Shown here in pieces: positions 10,362-18,136 of a stretch of 64,000 bases of DNA. The notes under the pieces are model-generated. The model searched no databases. It was not told the DNA's origin and was given only the letters and a program-made list of their open reading frames with translations. Within the stretch, counting starts at the first letter, position 1. The number at the start of each line of letters is the position of its first letter. Position numbers and translations under genes: made by a program. Source of the stretch: Thermoplasmata archaeon (GTDB lineage: Archaea; Thermoplasmatota; Thermoplasmata; Lutacidiplasmatales; UBA184); the NCBI GenBank assembly GCA_021809545.1, contig JAKAYL010000003.1, positions 4,990 through 68,989 on the forward strand, written 5' to 3'.

Positions 10362-12268
10362 AGATCCCTCTGGAGCACCTTTGCGCGGCGCTCATTCCCC
10401 CCGGAGGGAAGATCTCCCCGGGGGCCGGCGAGCTCGAGGTGCCGCAGGAAATCGAGGCCCTGGCGCGGCAGGGGGACCGGGTCTCCGAACTCCTGGTGCG
10501 AAGTGCGGCTTGGTCCCTGGAGTTCTCCGCCTTCTTTTCTCCCAAAGGACGCCGACTTTCCTCCCTCTCGCCGGACGAGGCGGCGGACCACGTAGTTTCG
10601 CTCTCCGACAAGGGAGGGATGCTGGGGAGCAGCGTGCAGCTCCTGCGTCACCTGATCGAGGCTAGCTACACGGCCCACCCTCCGATCCGCTCCGCTCTTG
10701 GGGTCGGGCCGGCTCCCACGTCCGACCTGGGTCCCCCAACCCCTCCTCTTCCCGTCCTCCCCCATGCTTCGGTGGGAGTGAAGGTTCGGAGGGAGTGCGA
10801 CGTTTGCATCGTGGGGACCGGGGCCGGCGGAGCTCCCGCCGCCAAGGTCCTCGCCGCCGCAGGGCTCAAGGTCCTGTTCTTGGAAGAAGGAGGGGCGTAC
10901 AACCGCGCGGACTTTTCGGGGCCACCGCTGCAGCGGATGGCGCGCCACTACCGTGGCGGGGGTCTCCTCACCACCCTTGGGCGACCTATCGTCTCGGTGG
11001 TGGAGGCCATGGCCGTGGGCGGGACCACCGTCTTCAACTCCGGCAGCTGTTTCCGGCCTCCCCCCGAGGTGGTCCGTCAATGGTCCCGGGACCTCCATCT
11101 CCCGTCGTTGACACCGGAATCTCTGGCTCCGTACCTGGATCGGGCGGAACAGACCCTCGGTGTTGGGACCCCGACCTGGGATATCCTGGGGGGGAATGCC
11201 CGGACCCTGAAGGACGGGGCGATTGCCTTACATCATCCTGACCACGGGATCATTCCCCGGCCCGCCCCGGGGTGCCGCGGTTCCGATGAATGCGTCATCG
11301 GCTGCCCGCGGGACGCCAAGCGGAGCATGGCCCTCTCCTATGTTCCGCAGGCGCTCGCCCTGGGGGCCCATATCATGGCCGGTGCGACCGTCCACAGGAT
11401 CCGGAGGGAGGGTGGTTCCGGGGGGTCGTGGGTCGTGGCGGCCACTTTGCGCGATCCCCGCACCCAGGTCTCCGCAGGAACTCTCGAGGTGCGGGCCCGG
11501 TACGTGGTCGTGGCCGCGGGGGCGCTCCACACCCCTCTCCTCTTGCCGCGGGTGGGGGACCGCTCCTCCCGAGGGCACCGCGGCCGACACCTCCGTCTTC
11601 ATCCCTCCTTCGAGGTGGCCGGGGAGATGCCCCAGGAGGTCAAGGGCTGGGAGGGGGTCCTTCAGTCCTACTTCGTCCGGGAATCCGATGAACGGATCCT
11701 GCTGGAGGCCACCTTCCAACCGAGGGGGATCCTCAGCACCGCCGGGCTCCTCCCAGTTGCGGGCCAGGCGTACAAGGAATATCTTCCCTCGGTCTCCCGG
11801 TGGGCGATCGTGGGGGGGATGGTGAGCGAGGACACGGAGGGAAAGCTGATCGCGGAAACCTCGGGGCGTCCTTGGATGCTCTACGACCTCCTTGCTTCCG
11901 ACGTCCAGCGTATCCACAAGGCCATGTTGCTCTCCGCCCGTCTGCTCTTCTCGGCCGGGGCCCGGAAGGTCTTCCTCCCCGTGGGCGGTGGACGCGTGGT
12001 CGATTCCCCTGGGGACCTGGACCGCCTACCCGTCCCGGAACGCGACAAGCTGCACCTCTTCGCCTTCCATCCGTTGGGCACGGCCCGAATGGCCGGGGAC
12101 CCGGAACTCGGAGCGGTCGATGAGAGGGGGATCGTCTGGGGGACAGAGGGGCTGGGGGTGTCGGATGCGAGCATTCTTCCGGGCTCTCCCCACGTGAATC
12201 CGATGATCAGCATCATCGCCCTGGCGGAACGGAACGCAGAGTTATGGCAGAAGGAATGGAAGGCATAG
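10358..12268 (+). CDS. GMC-family FAD-dependent oxidoreductase with ~140-aa N-terminal extension
   Basis: Rossmann FAD motif CDVCIVGTGAGGAPAAKVLAAAGLKVLFLEEGG at about aa 147. Downstream GMC_oxred C-like region (..HPLGTARMAGDPELGAVDERGIVWGTEGLGVSDASILP). Confidence 0.6.
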   Translation: MKIPLEHLCAALIPPGGKISPGAGELEVPQEIEALARQGDRVSELLVRSAAWSLEFSAFFSPKGRRLSSLSPDEAADHVVSLSDKGGMLGSSVQLLRHLIEASYTAHPPIRSALGVGPAPTSDLGPPTPPLPVLPHASVGVKVRRECDVCIVGTGAGGAPAAKVLAAAGLKVLFLEEGGAYNRADFSGPPLQRMARHYRGGGLLTTLGRPIVSVVEAMAVGGTTVFNSGSCFRPPPEVVRQWSRDLHLPSLTPESLAPYLDRAEQTLGVGTPTWDILGGNARTLKDGAIALHHPDHGIIPRPAPGCRGSDECVIGCPRDAKRSMALSYVPQALALGAHIMAGATVHRIRREGGSGGSWVVAATLRDPRTQVSAGTLEVRARYVVVAAGALHTPLLLPRVGDRSSRGHRGRHLRLHPSFEVAGEMPQEVKGWEGVLQSYFVRESDERILLEATFQPRGILSTAGLLPVAGQAYKEYLPSVSRWAIVGGMVSEDTEGKLIAETSGRPWMLYDLLASDVQRIHKAMLLSARLLFSAGARKVFLPVGGGRVVDSPGDLDRLPVPERDKLHLFAFHPLGTARMAGDPELGAVDERGIVWGTEGLGVSDASILPGSPHVNPMISIIALAERNAELWQKEWKA

Positions 12269-12780
12269 AGAAAAGGTCGCAGGTTCCGCCCACTGATGGG
12301 TGGGCCCCTCTCTGCCTTCCCTCCTCGCTGGTCCTCTACTTCCTTTCCCTGCTCTTCCTCGTCTTTGGAGTGCTCTATCTGGCCTACCCGGATACGATCG
12401 TGGCCACCACAAGTTCGATCGGGAAGGGGTTGGGCCTTTCGCGGGTTCCAGCCGACGGAGCCCCCAGCGCATTCGGTGGGTGGCTCGTCTTCACCTTCGC
12501 CTACATGGTCGCCGCCGCAGCCTCTTCGTTCTTTGCGGCCCGCTCCGCGGACCCCCGCCCCTACCTGCGGATCCTTGTGGTGTTGAAAGCCACCTCCTGC
12601 CTCACCGCCGGGGCGCTCTTCGTGGTGCAGGATCCGTTCGCCTTCTACTTGGCCACGGTTATCACCGACGGGCCCCTGGCGCTCGTGGCCGTCGGTCTGT
12701 ACGTCCACCTCACGGGCGACATGGAAAGGTTAAAACGTTCTGGAGTTGCCCTTGGGGGAACCCAAGACGGTGTAAAATGA
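12244..12780 (+). CDS. hypothetical polytopic membrane protein
   Basis: 178 aa with 4-5 hydrophobic helices. Its stop TGA overlaps the hppA ATG (ATGA at 12777-12780). Confidence 0.35.
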   Translation: MAEGMEGIEKRSQVPPTDGWAPLCLPSSLVLYFLSLLFLVFGVLYLAYPDTIVATTSSIGKGLGLSRVPADGAPSAFGGWLVFTFAYMVAAAASSFFAARSADPRPYLRILVVLKATSCLTAGALFVVQDPFAFYLATVITDGPLALVAVGLYVHLTGDMERLKRSGVALGGTQDGVK

Positions 12781-14957
12781 CCCTACCCCTGCCTATCGTG
12801 GAGCTCTTCGTCTTCCTGGCCGCATTGCTTGCTCTGGGAGTCGCCGGTTACCAGACCTACCGGGTGTTCCGGGAGGATGAGGGAACCGACAAGATGAAGG
12901 AGATATCGAAGGCCATCCGGGAAGGGGCCGAGGCCTTCCTCACCCGGGAATACAAGACCGTCGCGATGGTCGGTGCGGTCATCGCGGTCCTCATCCTGGT
13001 CGGTCTCTACAACATCGGTGTCTCTCAGGGAGACACCTTCTTCAGCGCCCACATGGCGCTCGGCTTCGTCGTGGGGGCGGTCGGCAGTGCCCTCGCAGGC
13101 TACGTGGGGATGTATGTGAGCGTGCGCGCCAACGTCCGGACGGCGAACGTCGCCCGGGTCGAGGGAAAGGCGGAGTCCGACCCCGAGAAGAAGGCAGCCG
13201 CCCACGAGCGGGGCCTTGACGCCGCCATGCGCTTCGCCTTCATGAGCGGGTCCGTGACGGGACTCTCCGTCGCCGGCTTCGCCCTCCTCGGCCTCGTGGC
13301 CTTCTTCGTCGGCTTCAACGGGAATGTCCTTGAGATGGCCGGGTTCATCTTCGGTGCGTCCCTCATGAGCCTCTTCGCCCGTGTCGGCGGAGGCATCTAC
13401 ACCAAGGGGGCGGACGTCGGCGCCGACCTCGTCGGAAAGGTCGAGGCGGGGATTCCTGAGGATGACCCCCGCAACCCGGCCGTCATCGCAGACAACGTGG
13501 GGGACAATGTCGGGGACTGCGCCGGAATGGCGGCCGACCTCTTCGAGACCTACGTCGTTACCGCGGTTTCCACCATGCTCCTCGCCTTCCTCCTGACCGA
13601 CGTCAAGAACGCCCTCGCCTGGGCGATCGTCTTCCCGCTCATCATCTCGGCCTGGTCGATCGTGGCCACTATCGTGGCCTTCCCCTTCGTGCGAATCCGG
13701 AAGGGCGGGAGCATCATGGGCGGCCTGTACAACGGGTTGATCGTTACGGTCGTCGTGGGCCTCATCGGCCTGGGTGTGCTCTCCTACGTCTTCATGACCG
13801 AGGTCTGGGGTGCGGTCTTCGTGGCCAGCGCGACCGGGCTCTTCGTCATGCTGGCGATCGTCTACTCCACCGACTTCTACACCGGGACCGGACGGCGCCC
13901 GGTCACCTCGATCTCGGAGGCTGCCCAGCGCGGGGCGGGCCCCGTGGTCATCGAGGGGATGAGTGTCGGGCTTGAGGCGGTCCTGATCCCCGCGCTCTCG
14001 ATCGTCGCTGGGATCATCGCCGCCTACGGTGTCATGTACCTTTACGCGCCCGTGGGCACGGACCCGGGGCACTTCGGGCTCTACGGGATCGGCCTCGCCG
14101 CGGCTTCCATGCTCTCTGCCACGGGAATGATCATCTCGATCGATGCGTTCGGCCCGATCACCGACAACGCGGGAGGGATCGCGGAGATGGCCCAACTGCC
14201 GCCGGAGGCCCGGAAGATCACCGACCCCCTTGACGCGGTGGGCAACACCACAAAGGCCGTCACCAAAGGCTACGCCGTCGGATCGGCCGCCCTGGCCGCA
14301 CTGGTCCTCTTCGCAGCGTACTACCAGGCCGCCTTCCCCAACGCGCCGGCGAGCCAACTGCAGGCCCTGGCCGTGAACCAGCCTCTCGTGATCATCGGTC
14401 TGATCATCGGGGCCACCCTGCCCTTCTTCTTCACCGCCTTCCTGATGCGGGCCGTGGGCACAGCCGCCCAGGCCGTCGTCGAGGAGGTCCGCCGCCAGTT
14501 CCGCACGATCAAGGGCATCATGGAGGGCACCGCCCGGCCCGAGTACGGCCCCTGCGTGGACATCGTCACCAAGACGGCGATCAGCGAGCTGGTCCTTCCG
14601 GCCGCCATCGCGGTCGTCACCCCTCTGGCCGTCGGATTCCTCCTGGGACCCACCGCAGTGGCCGGGCTCCTCTTCGGGGTCATCCTTTCGGGACTCCCCC
14701 TGGCCATCTTCATGACCGTCGGGGGCGGAGCTTGGGACAACGGCAAGAAGTACATCGAGCTCGGGAACTTCGGAGGCAAGGGCTCGGATGCCCACAAGGC
14801 CGCCGTCGTCGGCGACACCGTCGGGGACGCGACCAAGGACACGGCCGGACCCGCCATCAACCCGCTCATCAAGGTGGTTAACACCATCAGCATCCTGTTC
14901 GTCTACCTCGTCGTCGCGAACAACCTGGTGGGCTACCTGGCAACCCTCCACCTCTGA
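12777..14957 (+). CDS. hppA: membrane-bound proton/sodium-translocating pyrophosphatase (H+-PPase)
   Basis: Start ATG 12777 in frame inside the listed 12300..14957 ORF. MTLPLPIVELFVFLAALLALG..., 726 aa with about 15 TM segments and conserved H+-PPase motifs (GGIYTKGADVGADLVGKVE, DNVGDNVGDCAGMAADLFETY, AVVGDTVGDATKDTAGPAINPLIKV). Confidence 0.85.
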   Translation: MTLPLPIVELFVFLAALLALGVAGYQTYRVFREDEGTDKMKEISKAIREGAEAFLTREYKTVAMVGAVIAVLILVGLYNIGVSQGDTFFSAHMALGFVVGAVGSALAGYVGMYVSVRANVRTANVARVEGKAESDPEKKAAAHERGLDAAMRFAFMSGSVTGLSVAGFALLGLVAFFVGFNGNVLEMAGFIFGASLMSLFARVGGGIYTKGADVGADLVGKVEAGIPEDDPRNPAVIADNVGDNVGDCAGMAADLFETYVVTAVSTMLLAFLLTDVKNALAWAIVFPLIISAWSIVATIVAFPFVRIRKGGSIMGGLYNGLIVTVVVGLIGLGVLSYVFMTEVWGAVFVASATGLFVMLAIVYSTDFYTGTGRRPVTSISEAAQRGAGPVVIEGMSVGLEAVLIPALSIVAGIIAAYGVMYLYAPVGTDPGHFGLYGIGLAAASMLSATGMIISIDAFGPITDNAGGIAEMAQLPPEARKITDPLDAVGNTTKAVTKGYAVGSAALAALVLFAAYYQAAFPNAPASQLQALAVNQPLVIIGLIIGATLPFFFTAFLMRAVGTAAQAVVEEVRRQFRTIKGIMEGTARPEYGPCVDIVTKTAISELVLPAAIAVVTPLAVGFLLGPTAVAGLLFGVILSGLPLAIFMTVGGGAWDNGKKYIELGNFGGKGSDAHKAAVVGDTVGDATKDTAGPAINPLIKVVNTISILFVYLVVANNLVGYLATLHL

Positions 14958-15000
14958 GGGTCTCCGCAGCGCTAGGTGGGGCCGGGGGAGATCCCCCGCG

Positions 15001-15768
15001 TCACTTCATCGAAACATCGGAGCGCATGTACGCCCGGGTCGCCACGTAGAGCAGTACGACGGCTTCCACCGTGAGGAGGAGGAGCCGGTAGGCGTCGGTC
15101 ACGGTGAGCAGCCCGAAGTAGGAGTCCCGCACGATGTCGGCAACGTAGGTCAGGGGATTCACAGCGAAGAGCACCTGGATCGGGAGCGGAAGGCTGGGGC
15201 TGTCCGGATAGAAGACGGTGCTCGCAAAGTTCACGATGAAGATCATCAGGACCTGGATGCTGTTGTACGCGTTGCTGGACTTGACCAGGGCGGAGATGAA
15301 GAGCATGGCGGAACCGAAGAGGATCGAGCCGAGGATGAGGGTCACCACGATGATCCCGAGTCCGAACCCTCCGACGGGGACGCTGCCGAGAAGGGCCAGG
15401 GCCACCACGAGCATCGTGAAAGCCCCGGCGATCCCCATCAGGACGGAGGTGAGCATGATCCCGAGGAGGTACTCCAGACGGGTGAAGGGGCTCACGAGCA
15501 ACTGGGCGAGCATCCCCCAGCGCCGGTCGGCCCACAGGATGCTCCCACCGACGGTGCCCGCCATGACCACTTGGAAGGCCATGATGCCCGGGGTCAGGAA
15601 GCTCAGGTAGCTCGTCCCTTTCGTTCCCCCACCGCCCAGCGAGGAGAAACCAAACCCGAAGAAGACAAGGTAGAGGGCGGGAAGGCCGATCAGGATGACC
15701 AACGAGCCGGGGTCGGTGTTCACCCGGAAGTTGCGGTACATCAGGCGCAGGAGGTTAGGAAGTGCCAT
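15001..15768 (-). CDS. ABC-2 type transporter permease
   Basis: 255 aa with six TM helices and an ABC-2 permease topology. Overlaps the upstream ATPase gene by 14 nt. Confidence 0.6.
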   Translation of the reverse strand: MALPNLLRLMYRNFRVNTDPGSLVILIGLPALYLVFFGFGFSSLGGGGTKGTSYLSFLTPGIMAFQVVMAGTVGGSILWADRRWGMLAQLLVSPFTRLEYLLGIMLTSVLMGIAGAFTMLVVALALLGSVPVGGFGLGIIVVTLILGSILFGSAMLFISALVKSSNAYNSIQVLMIFIVNFASTVFYPDSPSLPLPIQVLFAVNPLTYVADIVRDSYFGLLTVTDAYRLLLLTVEAVVLLYVATRAYMRSDVSMK

Positions 15769-16732
15769 GCTCTGCTTCCCCCGAGACGGTGCTCAGGAAC
15801 ACGTCTTCGAGCGTGTTCTTGCGGATGTTCAGCCACTCCAGCTGGACCCCGGTGGCTCCCGCCAACTCCGTGATCTTGGAGAGCACCACTCGCGGATCTT
15901 GGACGAGGAGCAGGGCCGAGTTACCCTCCCGCTTGAGGGTCGCCTCTGACCCGAGGCTGTGGGCGAGGGCATCGTAGAAGCGCCCGGCATCCCCCCCTCC
16001 GACGGTGACCTCGATCGTCTTCTTGCCGCCGTAAAGCCGCTTCAAGTTCTCCAGGGTATCCAGGACCAGGATCTTCCCGGAGTCAACGACCGCGACCCGG
16101 TCGCAGAGATAGTCCGCTTCTTCGAGGTTATGCGTGGTGAAGACCACCGTAAGCCCCCCGCGGACCTCCTCCTTGATGGAGTCGAGCAGCTTCCGGCGCA
16201 TGATCACATCGAGGCCCACCGTCGGCTCGTCGAGGAAGAGGATCTCCATGTCGTGCATGAACTCGCGCGCCACCTGCACCCTCCGTTGCTGCCCCCCGGA
16301 AAGATCGAAGGACCTCTGTTTTCGGAATTCCCCGAGCTCGAAGCGTTCGATGAGCTCCTCGCGGCGGCGTTGGCGTAGGTCCTTGGGGACGCCCCACAGC
16401 ACTCCGTAGATGTCGAAATTCCCCTCGACGCTGGTGAAGTCGAAGGATTCCGATTGCTGGACCACTCCGATCCGGTTTCGGATCTCCTTTCCCTGACGGA
16501 CGGGGTCCCTTCCCAGAATGCTGAGGCTTCCCGAGGTGGGCCGGATGAGCGTCGTCATCGCCTTGATGAGCGTGGTCTTCCCGGCTCCGTTCTTGCCCAG
16601 GAGCCCGAAGACCTCCCCCTTCCGCACCTCGAAGCTCACACCGTCCAGCGCGAAGCGCTTGCCGTCGTAGGTGTGCCGGAGTTGGTTGAGGACGATGGCA
16701 GGGGTTTCCATGAGGGGTTTCGAGATTCCCAT
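15755..16732 (-). CDS. ABC transporter ATP-binding protein
   Basis: Walker A LLGKNGAGKTTL, ABC signature LSGGQQRRVQVAREF, Walker B ILFLDEPTVGLD. A TATA-like CTTAAACC lies about 27 nt upstream of the ATG at 16732. Confidence 0.8.
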   Translation of the reverse strand: MGISKPLMETPAIVLNQLRHTYDGKRFALDGVSFEVRKGEVFGLLGKNGAGKTTLIKAMTTLIRPTSGSLSILGRDPVRQGKEIRNRIGVVQQSESFDFTSVEGNFDIYGVLWGVPKDLRQRRREELIERFELGEFRKQRSFDLSGGQQRRVQVAREFMHDMEILFLDEPTVGLDVIMRRKLLDSIKEEVRGGLTVVFTTHNLEEADYLCDRVAVVDSGKILVLDTLENLKRLYGGKKTIEVTVGGGDAGRFYDALAHSLGSEATLKREGNSALLLVQDPRVVLSKITELAGATGVQLEWLNIRKNTLEDVFLSTVSGEAEHGTS

Positions 16733-16801
16733 ACCTTCTGTGGTTTAAGTCGTACGGGGGGAGTTTGGCCCAGGTGTTCTGAGGTCTTCCGGGACATTCT
16801 C

Positions 16802-16809
16802 TATATATA
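16802..16809 (+). promoter_or_regulatory. TATA box TATATATA for the leaderless AcnX gene
   Basis: 23 nt upstream of ATG 16832, with no SD. Confidence 0.4.
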
Positions 16810-16831
16810 GGCTGAGTTCGCTGCTCCAAAC

Positions 16832-18019
16832 ATGGAGCTCACCGCCGAGCAAGAGGCCATTCTGCAGGGCAGCAGAGGGGAACGCACCGCGGAACTGATG
16901 CGGATCCTCGTATCGTTGGGCGAGCTCAACGACGCCCGGCGGCTGATCCCGGTGTGGTCCGTCCAGCTCTCCGGAATCTCGTTCAAAACGATGGGCGTCC
17001 CCGGCACGGAGTTCTTGGAAGACGCGGCGAAAGAGGTCCACGTCGCTGTCCCCACCACCATCAATCCCGCCGGCTACGACGTGGGAGGACCCGGTCTGGT
17101 GCCGGTGAGCGAAGATTTCCGCGGGAAGCAGGAGCGCATCGTGCGGGCGTTGCTCGCCATGGGCGCCCTGCCCACCTTCTCCTGCACGCCGTACACGACG
17201 GAATACACCCCCCCGGCGGGGGCCCACCTGGCCTGGGCCGAGAGCTCCGCCGTCATCTACTCGAACAGCGTCCTCGGGGCCTTCTCCAATCGCGAGGGTG
17301 CGCCGAGCGCGCTCGCCAGCGCTGTGACCGGGGTCACTCCCGAGTACGGTCTTCACCTTCCCGAGGGCCGGAGGCCGAGCGTCGTGGTGCAGGTAGCCCC
17401 TCAGGAAGACCTACACTTCTCTTCCCTCGGCGCCTTCCTTGGCAAGGCTTTGGGAAGCAAGATCCCGTACCTGCGGGGGATCCGGCCCGAGGTCGACGAC
17501 ATGAAAGCGATGGGAGCCGCGATGAGCGCTTGGGGCTCGGTCCCCATGTTCCACGTGGAGGGAGTGACGCATGAGGCGGCGAAGCAGGAGCTGGACGGCC
17601 TCGAGACGATGGAGGTGGGACCTAAGGACATCGCTTCCTTCGAGGAGTCCCTCGGCAGGGATGGGGACACCCCGCGACTGATCGCCATCGGCTGTCCCCA
17701 CGCCACCCCAGGGGAACTGAAGCATCTTGCGAGGATCCTCCGGGAAAAGCGGGGCGGGAAGTTGCGCTCGGGCATCGAATTCTGGGTATGTACGAACCGT
17801 CGGGTCATCGCAGACCATGCGGACGTCGTCGCTCAATTGCAGTCCGCCGGGGTCCGTGTGATCCAGGACACCTGCATGGTGGTGGCTCCGATCGGGGAGA
17901 AATACCCCGTGATCGCGGTCAACTCGGCCAAGGCCGCTTTCTACGCGGCCAAAAGATCCTTCAGCGGGCAAAAAGTCCTCTTCGGGACCACGGAAGAACT
18001 CATTGACCGGTGGGCCTGA
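16832..18019 (+). CDS. aconitase X catalytic (large) subunit, DUF521; putative phosphomevalonate/hydroxyproline dehydratase family
   Basis: 395 aa. The DUF521/AcnX assignment is by recall of the family from motifs such as AVPTTINPAGYD...CTPY...VNSAKAAFYA. TATA TATATATA at 16802-16809, 23 nt before the ATG (leaderless). Confidence 0.55.
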   Translation: MELTAEQEAILQGSRGERTAELMRILVSLGELNDARRLIPVWSVQLSGISFKTMGVPGTEFLEDAAKEVHVAVPTTINPAGYDVGGPGLVPVSEDFRGKQERIVRALLAMGALPTFSCTPYTTEYTPPAGAHLAWAESSAVIYSNSVLGAFSNREGAPSALASAVTGVTPEYGLHLPEGRRPSVVVQVAPQEDLHFSSLGAFLGKALGSKIPYLRGIRPEVDDMKAMGAAMSAWGSVPMFHVEGVTHEAAKQELDGLETMEVGPKDIASFEESLGRDGDTPRLIAIGCPHATPGELKHLARILREKRGGKLRSGIEFWVCTNRRVIADHADVVAQLQSAGVRVIQDTCMVVAPIGEKYPVIAVNSAKAAFYAAKRSFSGQKVLFGTTEELIDRWA

Positions 18020-18136
18020 CCGTAGCCCGTCCAAAAAGATGCGGTTCCGTGCCCCGGGCATCGTGGGACGCAGGGAGATACCTCCTGCTTAGGGGCCCGA
18101 TAGGTTGATTTCCCATGCCGACTTAAGACGTACGGG

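Noticed and set aside
12783-14951. 722-aa ORF antisense to hppA
   Set aside because: Its translation is D/G/R/E/H-rich low-complexity with no motifs, and it mirrors a bona fide H+-PPase gene. Long antisense ORFs are expected in GC-rich DNA.
14958-15000. Hairpin GGGGGA-GA-TCCCCC between the convergent hppA and ABC permease genes as a terminator
   Set aside because: The stem is only 6 bp with no adjacent oligo-T tract, which is the usual archaeal terminator signal. Not reported as a feature.
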